The notes below the pieces were generated by a model. It did no database searches. It had not been told where the DNA came from and worked only from the letters and a program-made list of their open reading frames with translations. Below, piece by piece: positions 11,128 to 21,462 of a stretch of 32,000 nt of DNA. Position numbers and translations under genes: made by a program. Where the stretch lies: contig BAAFSQ010000015.1 in NCBI GenBank assembly GCA_054661495.1, forward strand, positions 30,001 to 62,000. Direction: 5' to 3'. The DNA comes from Zygophlyctis sp. KS116. Its lineage: Eukaryota > Fungi > Chytridiomycota. The first letter of the stretch is position 1. Each line of letters opens with the position of its first letter.

Positions 11128-13067
11128 ATGATATAGAGGAACAGGATATAGAGTCCATGCAAAGGGCAGTAGAAAACTTATTAAATGAAGAAGATTATTA
11201 CGCAATTTTGAATGTTGAACCCACTGTGAGATTCTTTATGTTTATGCTTGTAGGCAACTGATGATGCGATCAGTAAAGCATACAAGAAATGGAGTTTGCT
11301 ATTCCATCCTGATCGCCAAAGTAGCTCTCAAGATACTGAACTTTCTGCTCAAAAGTTTCAAATCATTCAAAGGGCGTATGATGTGTTATCAAATCCAAAA
11401 CTTCGGTCAGAATATGATGAGAGCAGACAGAATATGAAATCAAAAAACTGGACAGTTTCTAGGAAGGGAATGGAGGCAGAAGAGGTAATTTTACATCATG
11501 CCAAACTTTAGATTTTTGATGATGTTATTGGACTCAGCCGTGATGATGTTGCTGCTGCAATGGAAAGAATTTCTCCACATCAAGTATATATTTCCAAGAT
11601 AATTATAGGGGCAAGTTGAAATAGAAGTTGATGCAACTAAAATGTGGAAAAAGAAGCCTGTGTTTGCAGAGTTGGCTTTTCCAGTAAAACAAAAAGAAAA
11701 GAAGGGATTTGCAGAGTTGATTCACTGGCCAGAGATTTCAAAAATTCAAATTGAAAACTCTTGGGATTTTAACACACCCTTTGCAAAAGGACAATTAGAT
11801 AGTGTTACATTGGTCAGAAACTCATTAGGAACGGCTAATCTTACTGGAACTCTTTCAAGAGAAATTATTCCATTTTGGACAGGTGCGATTTCAGCTACAA
11901 TGGGACAATCTCCAAATTTAACAGCCAACATAGATTATTCTCCTCGGCCTGATAGGTATCTGGATTTGTTTAAATTATTAGATCAATTAGATTGCAGGCC
12001 AGCTCGGATACTCTATATGCTCCTCCTAACCTAGTTCTAGTATGTAAACAGGGATTGTTTTCAAATATGGTGGGCTATTTTGTGTATCAAACAGGATCAT
12101 TTTCAATCTGGAAATGGGGTCAAGGATACGAAGGAATGTATAGCTCTTCGTGTACTCTAGGGATGAATTTCAAATTATCAAAAACTGCATACGATGCTGC
12201 CGTTACTGCTGGATCTGCTGCATCACAGATCAGAATTTCAATTGTGCAGCCGCTAATGAAGGGGGTGAAAGGGACCTTTCAAGCATCTTTGTCGACATCA
12301 TTTGGCTTTAAGTCTTCTTTTTTGGCTACCAAACGAATCACTAAATTGATAAAATTATCAATGGGGGTAGAGGTTGCAACTTCAGTGGGAGTTACTTTCC
12401 AATTAAGGTAATTTTATTATTATTAAATAAAAGGATTCGTCGTTTGGGAAGACGCTTAGTCATTCCAATTCTTTTGAGCGATGAAATTCGCGCCAATATT
12501 ATTGCTGGTGCATTGTTATTACCCTTGATAGGTTCAGCTTTGATTGACTCACTATACCTTTTACCTAAAAAGAAGGCTTCCTTAAAGAAGCGAATAGAGG
12601 AATTGCGGGAATCAAATGCAGCAATCTTACTTCAAAGAGAAAATGAGGCACTGGAAGCTATTCAGCTAATGAAATCATCTGTTACGAAAAAACTTGATCA
12701 AGAAATAGAGAAAAATGGTCTTGTAATTGTGGAGGCAATATATGGAATTTTACCTCGATCAGAGACAAAATCACTGCAGGGTAGAAATATTACAGGCAGC
12801 ACATCACCTTTCTCCACTGTTCTAAATCCAAGTAAATCCTCAAAATTCATTGATGTCACGATTCCAATTCAAAATCTTGTGTTAAATTCACAAGTTTTTA
12901 TAAGTGGAGGTTTTTCTAAATCAAACATGATTGGATTCTATGATCCTTGCTTAGGGGAAAAGAAAAGGCTACGAATCACGTACCGATTCCAAGAAAGATT
13001 ACATTTGGTAGAAATTAGTGATCGTGAAACTCTTGCTCTTCCTTTGAGAGAGCACCAAATTTCTTAA
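11124..13067 (+). CDS. DNAJC11: DnaJ subfamily C member 11 (J-domain + DUF3395)
   Basis: DYYAILNV...FHPD J-domain; C-terminal NGLVIVEAIYG, IDVTIPIQNLV, GFYDPCLGEKKRLRITYRF. Introns 11226-11253, 11485-11511, 11584-11608, 11956-11981, 12408-12433. Alternative start ATG at 11157. Confidence 0.9.
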
Positions 13068-13359
13068 TTTTTAGAAAAAGTAAATTATGATGAATTGATT
13101 ATTACAATATTTGAACCAATTTGAGAGTTTTTATTTGGACCTCTCCGCGTCTAAGAATTATCTCTCAGTATTTACCCAAACTTCTTATCATTTATAATTG
13201 ATCTTTATTAAATTCTAATAGCTTTGAGCGCTATCTATTATATTCATAGTAACTGCGTAAACGCAGGAATACAAGTATAAACAAATCTAACAGTTTGCGT
13301 TGACAAAGGACGGCAAATGTATTTCATTATTATGTACAGGCTTTTCCGACAAGAGTTTT

Positions 13360-13431
13360 GCGATGTTGGTGTAGAGGTAGCATGGATGATTCGGGTTCAT
13401 CAGGTCACCAGTTCAATCCTGGTACATCGCC
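13360..13431 (+). tRNA. tRNA-Pro (anticodon CGG), intronless, atypical body
   Basis: Cloverleaf: acceptor GCGATGT/ACATCGC, D stem GTGT/GCAT, anticodon stem GATGA/TCATC with loop TT-CGG-GT, T stem ACCAG/CTGGT with loop TTCAATC, discriminator C. Confidence 0.9.
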
Positions 13432-13459
13432 GTTCTTGCTCTTGGTGATCAGCAGTTAA

Positions 13460-13467
13460 TTTTTTTT
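13460..13467 (+). terminator. RNA polymerase III oligo-T terminator of the tRNA
   Basis: T8 run 28 nt after the tRNA 3' end. Confidence 0.7.
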
Positions 13468-13498
13468 GGATTCATTACGTTAATACGCAGATGGGCGG

Positions 13499-15099
13499 AT
13501 GACTTACACATCAGTGCATGACGCGAACGATGCTGTCCCACAACTTATATCAATCATGGATGTTCGACTAAAATACTTAAAGGCTGATCGCAATGATATT
13601 TTATCACTAAATGTAAAAAACATATTATTAGATCAATCTCCATTACGAAGAAAGGAATTCAGGATTGAAAAGGTTACAACTCGCACTGAAGATTTATACA
13701 TGGCCATCGATCATAAGGAAAATATGGCATTAAAGATGGAAAGAACAAAGGTTTGTCAGTTGATTTAATATTTAAGGCCTTGAAGTTTTGTGGATTTTCT
13801 TCAGAGCCAAAAGAACAATACCATCCCTTGGGAGATCCAATCACAGATCCACAAGAATTGATCTTTACCTCACTAGGCATGCAGAAATATCATGAATCCA
13901 TTAATCACCAAAACGGTAAAACAGCATCTCAAGAAGTTATGGGATATACTGATGTTTTGGCTAGCGATAGAACAAAAATCATTCGACAATCCAGTGATGG
14001 ATACGCCTACTTAAAGAAAAAGATTAGCGCTTCTATGAAAAGAGTCGTATCATGTAAACTGGGATCTTCTTTTGACCGTATTTGCTCCGAACATACTCAG
14101 AATAAGTCTCAGGAGCTAGTTGAAAGAGTCAAAGAAGAAAAGAATTGCATCTCAAATGGAAGTACTTATTACATTTACTCATAATAGTTGATTGGGGACA
14201 TTTAGAGATTGATCCAGAAAAACGAGCCTATTTTATGTCATTATATAATCGATCACAAGAGACTAAAGGTGCATATTTACTTTAAGAATATAGAAAAATC
14301 AATTCGCAGAAATGCATGGGATGAAGATAATATAAACAAAAGTATTGTTTGAAACTGATTTTACGTTTAGAAATAACAAAGGATCAATTTCAAGAACAAA
14401 ACAATCTTATAAAATCTAAACGATCAACCAAGGCAATGGAACTTGCATTAGGAATCCAGAAGAATTCAACGAATCATAACTTGGATCAAAAAGTATCTTT
14501 TAAATATTTCTTATTTTAGTTTTTTAAAGCTCGTAATGAATTTTTAGAGCTGGAAGAACATTTATCAACAGTTTTAAAAAACTCATTAAATCGGTAATCA
14601 TGACATTTTATTATGTAATAGTATAGATAATCAAAGAAGAAATCAATTTAGAAGAAAATATGTTGCGTTTAATCCTGGAAAGGTAATATAATTTATCATT
14701 CACAATTTTAGAATACCATTTTGAAGGAAGACTTAAGAATCATGAGAGATAAAGCTCATTCTGAAAAGTCAATTTCTGATCAAAAAATACTTCATGATCA
14801 TCCTTGGTACTCTGAATTCATTAGTAAAGTCATGGTATCTGTCAAGGGTGAATTATCTCGATATGAGCTTCTATTAATGGATGAAGTCAAAGGGTATGAT
14901 TCAAAAATATAATTTTACTAGTTTAATATTGGATGGCAGGGCTTTTAGAAAGTCTGCATTTATAAACATTATGGAGACGATTCCTCCAAGTATTTTTACT
15001 AGAGAGGAAATTCAACGGGCATTTCGTTTCATCAAAGCAAAGGAAAATATATCCGAAAGAGACTATTTGGAAGCAGTTGAAGAATCTGGCCATCATTAA
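13499..15099 (+). CDS. Hypothetical 9-exon protein, no recognised domain
   Basis: Eight 25-29 nt GT-AG introns (13751-13776, 14162-14187, 14269-14293, 14342-14370, 14493-14519, 14594-14621, 14683-14711, 14894-14921) give one continuous frame ending ...DYLEAVEESGHH. Confidence 0.75.
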
Positions 15100-15150
15100 T
15101 TTAGATAATTGGATTTGGAGCATTGGATTTAGATCATTAATTTGGAGCAT
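15094..15150. repeat. Four degenerate 13-14 nt tandem units
   Basis: cattaatttagat / aattggatttggag / cattggatttagat / cattaatttggag (+cat). Confidence 0.75.
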
Positions 15151-15313
15151 CTTACATAAATCTTTGACATTTTGTAAACTTATTTAATACAAATTCTGAT
15201 AAGATTTGAAAACGCCCCAATACGTGACAATGCAACTCTTCATGGCTTCTAGATTTGTAGTTGGAGTTGTTAATTTACGATAAAGGTACAAATTAAATTT
15301 TTGATCATCATCA

Positions 15314-16371
15314 ATGAATGCAATCGAGTTTTTTTCTGGCATCGGGGGTCTTCATTATGCATGCAAAAGAGTTGGATCAATCAATGTTATCGCTGCCTTT
15401 GATGTTAATACTATCGCCAATACAGTGTAGGACAATAATCATTTATACATAGATATGAACATAACTTTAAGATCAAGCCAATAACAAAAAGCATCGATAG
15501 CTTAACGGTAGAAAGTATCGATGCATTAAATGCTCAAGTTTGGCTATTAAGTCCTCCTTGTCAGCCATTCACTCATGGAGGCAAACAATTGGATGATCAA
15601 GACATGCGATCAAAAGGATTATTGAACATTATAAAAATATTGAAGCTAGTTAAATCAAAGCCTCAATATATATTTTTGGAAAATGTTGTTAATTTTGAAA
15701 TTTCAGTTTGTAGACAGTTACTGATTTCAACTTTGGATGATCTTGGGTACGAGATCAAGGAATATTTAGTCTCTCCATTGCAATTCGGTATCCCTAATGA
15801 TAGGAAAAGATACTATCTATCTGCTAATCTTCATAATGCCATAAAGGAAACAAAATACTTGTCTGATTTCGAAATCATTAAAAATATTGATACTAAAAAG
15901 ACTCAAATTGGACCATTATCTTCATATTTAGAAGACTTATCAGATATTGAGAATTATATGGTTCCTGATAATTTTATTACTAAAAGAAATAATTTTAGAT
16001 TTGGTAACAAGATTTAAAGTAATTTAATACTAGATGTAGTAAAGCCAACAGATGATAAATGTTCGGTTTTCACAAAAGCATACGGGAGTCATCATGTATT
16101 TGGATCTGGGCCAATGATTCAAACTCGTGAATTAGAGGAAGATCTAGATTACTCTGATCGTGATAGTCTTTTAAGGGCGGGTTTACGGTTTTTTACTCCT
16201 TTAGAAGTTGCAAGACTTCATGCATTTCCAGTAGACGTTAAATCTGATGGAGCAGATAAGATGGAATTTGAGTTTCCAGAGGGATTTACTCTTCGCCAAA
16301 AGTGGAAGCTTTTGGGAAATTCACTTAATGTCAAGGTTGTTGGCGATATCATTAGTGCGAATTTGAAATAA
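15314..16371 (+). CDS. DNMT2: tRNA (cytosine-38-C5)-methyltransferase Dnmt2/TRDMT1
   Basis: EFFSGIGG, SPPCQPFT, FLENV, GIPNDRKRYY, FTKAYG, LRFFTPLEVARLHAFP, LLGNSLNV. Introns 15427-15452 and 16004-16033. Confidence 0.93.
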
Positions 16372-16397
16372 AAAGTATTTATTATTAACGCACCATT

Positions 16398-19233
16398 TTA
16401 GTGGTGTTTTGAACATATTGGACAATTTAAATTGACTTGTTCAGACAAGCCAGATCTTGAATAAATACATGAGTAATGAAATGTATGCTCGCAAAAAAAT
16501 ATGATCAATTCTTCTTCACCTTCTTCACCTATTAAAGTGTTAATAATTGAAACGGATGCATACCAGTATGTGTTATAGGCCTAGCACAGATGCAACAAGG
16601 TGGAAATGCTTTTACATGAATGTCGGTTTAGAAGCTTACCTTCCACTACTAATCCTTTGCTTTGAAGTGTGTTAATAGATTCTAAAAGCTCTATTGTATC
16701 ACCAAAAAGGATTTCCTTGCAACCTTCTCTTAGTGAAATTTGTGTCCCCAAGTCCCTCAGAACCTGCAGCAATGCTGGTTTTAAATTAGGAATTTTCAAT
16801 CCGTTTGGAATCCTAGATATAACACGAAACGGATCAATAAACAATCCCAAGTTTTCTAAAAGTGCTACAATAAATCCTTGACTGTTAAGAGGAGATCTTA
16901 CTTGGGCGTGACATTGAATAGTTAAGCAAATCTTCCCAAAGATCTTCATCATTTTGTTCTTTGGCAAAATCTATTGCCTATCACATAAACTTCGAGGAAT
17001 CACCTTCTTGACATCATCTAATCTTTCAATAATTAACATGAGTGCTTTTCTATTATTTCCCATTTTACCGAGAAGATAAACCATTTCAGGAACAAAATCT
17101 CTTTTCTCGCAGATATTATATGCCTATTTTATTAAATGGCATTCATTACATCTTGTATGCTATAAAAAAGACTGCTTTTCAAAAAGTCCAATAACTTTGA
17201 AGGCTCAAATTCAGCATAAAGGGCCACTTGTCGATCATGAAATTCGCCTCCAATAGACAAATCTCGTTGAAAAATACGATCTAAATAGATATGCAGCAGC
17301 TGAAGATCTTTGGATAGGGATTCTACAACCGATTTAATCTGTTCCTGTTAAAAGATATTTATCTTACAGGAATCTGGTTATCATTTTCAGTCAGAATTCT
17401 CAACCCTTCTGCTTCAGCTGGATTATAATTCTCGCCCCATATTTCAAAATCATACCTCATCATATCACGTGCAATTCCAGGCAGATATGGATGTAGATTA
17501 TGATCCGCAACAAGTGATAAAATACCAGGTTTCTTCAGAGCTAAGCCATATTTCAATGCCATCATGTAGTTTTTATCTTGCATATATCTATAATTCAATA
17601 AACGTTAAGTATACAGTAAAAAAAGAGATTTTATCAGATAAATATCGTTTTCCGATTTTTTAATGGCTTCATTGACTGATTTAATAACATTCTTCAAATG
17701 AAAAATACTACTTGGCCATAATTCTAGTGCTTTGAGAAGTAAACTTTTGTCTGTATCCAAAAACTTTGATAGAATCAATTCATAAACTGGTGAGTCCAAA
17801 ACCGTATTTTTAAAAGGAATCAAGGTGAATATCTCTCCCAATTGATTATTTTCTGCGAATTTGTATACCCAGCTCTGCCATGCCTTTGGATCTGAATCAA
17901 GAATTTCCGGACAAAGCTCTGCAGCCAATTTAAAATCTTTTGAATTGAATAGAAACTGTAAATATTTTTGCCCAACAGTAAATAATGTCCCTGGGCGTAA
18001 ATCTATACCCTCTGATTTTTCCCTTGCCAATTCAAAAGCTTCTTTAAAGCATTTATTTTCTACCAACCATTCTATCCGATCATCTAAATTTCTCGGTTTA
18101 GCTAAAATTATTTGACTTGGAGCAAGAATGTAATAAATAGAGTCCACCATTTGTTCCGACTCTAAATATGCTATTATAAGAGATAGAAAACCTTACCTAG
18201 TTTAAAATCTTTAGCTTTTAGATTTTTATAGTCTGGAATATCAATTTCATCACAAAAAAGCGTATCGCCAGTTACTTGTATAATATTCACAGTTGGAGGA
18301 TCTGGTTCCTACCATTATTAAAAATTCTTCTTTTTAAATTACTTTTAAAAGTTGTTCCTGTTCTGGAACTATATTTACATCCTTAAAATTCCCAAGATCA
18401 ACATTATATGCAAAAATTAACAGAGTATCATCTAAAAACGGAGCAATTCCAGAAACTATAAAAGATAATTTAATTTGAAAAATAGTCTCCACGTACTTTT
18501 CTTGCTGAATTGAATTTTCTCCAGAATTCTTGCACTAAACAGTTTAAATTTTTAATTTACTTTAATATTTGCAAGAATTATATCATTACCCCAACCAATC
18601 AGCAATTCCTCCTCACTCTTCCAAGAAAAATGACAATGAAAAAGATCATCTGGCAGTTCATTTGAATCTCTTTTAACATGACCAAAAATTAATTGACTTG
18701 TAGTATCGTAAAAATGAATCCCCTAACAATTTATAATATTAAAATACTTGTCCTGCCCATACAATATTATCCTTTTTCCAATCCACGGCTACAATTGGAT
18801 TCTGTCCAGAGTATAAAACCAAGTCTCTATAACCAAACCAACCTTTAGCCGATAAGACCAGATTCTCCCCAGTCCCACCAGACACAAAAGAACGAGAGCC
18901 CTTTGAAAAATCCGGTTCTAAAGATGCTCCCTTGACAGGCCTTTTACGATTAAAAACCAGAGATTCATGCGAATAAAGATTATGAATTATACAGCTTCCA
19001 TCATCTGATGCTGATATTAGAAATTCTGAATGATCGTCAAGCGCCAATTGATTAACGGTTGCAGAATGTGCCGACAGTTCACGGACAAGAGTGCCTAGAG
19101 AATCAAGAATTAAAATCCGCCCAAAGAGAGTTCCTACGGCTATAAACTTATCAATGACGATGGCAGAATATCCGTCCTTCTCAGTCAAGAGACTAGAGTC
19201 ACAGTATGTAGAATATTTGAGTTTTGGCTCCAT
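16398..19233 (-). CDS. VPS41: HOPS complex subunit Vps41 (WD40, CHCR repeat, C-terminal RING)
   Basis: EPKLKY, AHSATVN, ASDDG, FVSGG, EMVYLLGKMGN, AIDFAKEQNDEDLWEDLL, RIPNGLKIPNLK, RING C..C...CEHTFHYSC...CPIC. Eleven introns: 18723-18747, 18535-18560, 18309-18342, 18171-18196, 17588-17614, 17339-17367, 17124-17149, 16978-17003, 16877-16901, 16609-16639, 16529-16563. Confidence 0.93.
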
Positions 19234-19240
19234 CCGATCG

Positions 19241-19257
19241 CTAGGGCTCTACCCTAG
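19241..19257. promoter_or_regulatory. Inverted repeat CTAGGG-N5-CCCTAG in the 33-nt divergent VPS41/SR-beta spacer
   Basis: Seen directly in the sequence; a regulatory role is inferred from position only. Confidence 0.45.
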
Positions 19258-19266
19258 AATTGATTT

Positions 19267-19855
19267 ATGAATTCTTTCATCATTCTAGCCTCGATATTGA
19301 ATGCAATTATCATTGGACTTGTTATTATAGGCTATGTTTACAAGAGGCCAAGGACAATCTTACTTTTGGGACTTTCTGCAAGTGGAAAAACTAGATTTTG
19401 GAGACAACAGACTGGAAAAGATCAAGTTTCCACATGTATTTCTTTAAAAACAAATATTCAAAAGATCAAGGATGAAATTTGGATTGACGTTCCGGGGCAT
19501 GAGAAATTATGGGAGTCGGAATTATCAAAATTGAAATTATCTGGACAAGTCCTAATTTACTATTTAATTGATGCTGCAGTCTTTGCACGGAATAGGAAAC
19601 AAGTGGCTCAAAGGCTATATCAGACTTGTAATATAACAGCTCTAGCAAAATTAAAAACGCCGGTTACTATAAAAATTATGAATCAAAATCATCAAATGGC
19701 TCTAGAATTGGAAAAGATCAAGGTCTTGTTAGAGAAAGAATTGTACCGTTTTATTACTAAAATTTAGGGAAATTATTAGGAAAAATAAATTAGAGGCAGT
19801 AGATCTAGATCACGAAAGTGTAGAAAATCATCAGGAATTGGACTTTATATTTTGA
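19267..19855 (+). CDS. SRP102: Signal recognition particle receptor beta subunit (divergent)
   Basis: N-terminal TM anchor, TILLLGLSASGKT (G1), TCIS, IDVPGHEKL (G3), YLIDA, KIKVLLEKEL. Intron 19743-19767. Confidence 0.8.
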
Positions 19856-19876
19856 TAATAATCCATAATTTCTATT

Positions 19877-21374
19877 CTAATGAATCTGGCCTTTTATATC
19901 AACTCCCTTAATATTTAATTTAGAAAGTTGGTCTGATATAATAGGAAATCCTGCCTTTGTATCTATATAATCAGTTGATAGAGGAATCGAGCGTTGAACT
20001 AACCAATCTTTTACTTCTTTGAGATTTATAAAGCCCAAATTTAAATCTTTTAATTTAAAATCAGGTCTAAAAGAATGACAAATTATTTTTAGAGCACGAA
20101 CTCTTTCACGATCTATAAATTGATCCATTAAATACCCAGAAAGACATGGCGCAGTCATGTACAGATTGAATAAAGAATCATAATTGCTGGTAGCAATCGC
20201 AGATCGCACAGCTAAAGAATGAGAAACACATGTTTGTGATTTTTGAATATCTGTTAAATTTGATATTGTTTGTACCAATTCTTTGGCTTTAAAAGTAAAA
20301 TTTACCTGTTTTATTGTTTGTATGAATCATGTACAGGATTCTATACCCCATAAACTCATCAATGCTACCAGGTAATTTGTAAATTTGATATAAATCCTTT
20401 AATTGACCCTGACATTGATTGAATTCACCTAAATCTCCCTATTTATTAAATTTTTTAAAAAATTAATACCTTTTCAATAGCAATTCGAGCATGAGTTTCA
20501 TAAACTTTTACACTGAATTCATTCTTTATCCTTTGCACTGTTAAATCCTGCCTAACAGACTTTAATTGATCACAAATATATGTATAATTTCCCTCTTGTT
20601 TCCATTTTTTGATCAAAAAGTCTAGAGACTGAACTAAAACACGCAGAGGACGAACTGTAGTAGGATCAACCGCACTAGTAATTCTCAAATAACTTTTTTC
20701 CAAATTTTTACAAGTTCCAACGACTGTATCTTCATCCCAATCAATAACATCTGGATTTCCTTCTGCTCCTGCAGCAATAAATGCTTCCCTTACCTTTGCC
20801 GCATGAGCCGAATCCTTTTTCCTTTTCCTATCTTCTACTTGTTGTTTTTCCGAGAATCTTTTCAGCCTACTTAATTTAACATTGTTACTTTCTTCCAATT
20901 GAAAATTCAAGTTTTGCCCTGTTGGAAGAGATTGCTGCATAAAAGGCTGCATGTAATGTTTGACAGACTGTTTGACAGACTGTTTGACAGACTGGAAAGG
21001 AGACTGCATAACAGATGCATTTACCTGAGGAGGAGGAATTTTTGGCATTTCTGGTTTGAAAACTGGAATTTTAGGCATTGGAGGAACAATCGGTTTTTTT
21101 GGTTTTGCGACTTGAGCATAAGACATACATTCCTTTGGCATTGGCATTTTATCCCAGTCTGTAGACCAAATTGCACCTTTAGACTGAACATCCTTGATCA
21201 GATTTCTCAACATATCTTCCACAAGTGGTTTCTTGGGAATTGGACAAGACTCATTGACTCTCTTTACATATTCCTTTAGAGACGCAGGCCATTCTGTAAT
21301 GACTGGAGTAGGAACATTTCTCTGTACACTACTGTATGCTGGCTCTAGAATTTAAAATCAAATCAATTACTCAT
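19877..21374 (-). CDS. THP3: SAC3/GANP-domain protein Thp3/LENG8
   Basis: [82 protein letters not shown]. Introns 21345-21370, 20439-20469, 20281-20305. Confidence 0.93.
20957..20992. repeat. Perfect 3x12-nt coding minisatellite (QSVK x3 in Thp3)
   Basis: tgtttgacagac repeated three times. Confidence 0.9.
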
Positions 21375-21418
21375 TAAAAGCTTTTTCAACACCCACAGGC
21401 TAGGACGATATAGCAGGC

Positions 21419-21456
21419 GAGCGCACAGGTCAAGTCGAGAGCGCACAGGTCAAGTC
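21419..21456. repeat. 18-nt direct repeat with 20-nt period in a divergent promoter
   Basis: gagcgcacaggtcaagtc at 21419-21436 and 21439-21456. Confidence 0.9.
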
Positions 21457-21462
21457 TCTGGT

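Noticed and set aside
13218-13234. Minus-strand ATAGC-GCTCAAA-GCTAT as a tRNA-Sec anticodon arm, and SECIS-like ATGA...GA pairings nearby
   Set aside because: No acceptor or T arm, loop lacks U33, SECIS helices are poor, and no gene needs an in-frame TGA.
13392-13394. CCG codon reassignment by the unusual tRNA
   Set aside because: CCG sits at conserved proline positions (GGPL, DVPGH); no G3:U70 or long variable arm.
13458-13469. AATTTTTTTTGG as an Sm site of an snRNA or spliced-leader RNA
   Set aside because: More simply the Pol III terminator of the tRNA; no snRNA signature upstream.
13360-16371. Functional linkage of the tRNA and DNMT2
   Set aside because: The tRNA has U at position 38, so it is not a C38 substrate; proximity is probably chance.
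20899-21279. Antisense ORFs in the track (e.g. 20899-21279, 5250-5588, 7996-8280, 30764-31120)
   Set aside because: Shadows of well-supported genes on the other strand, with no motifs.
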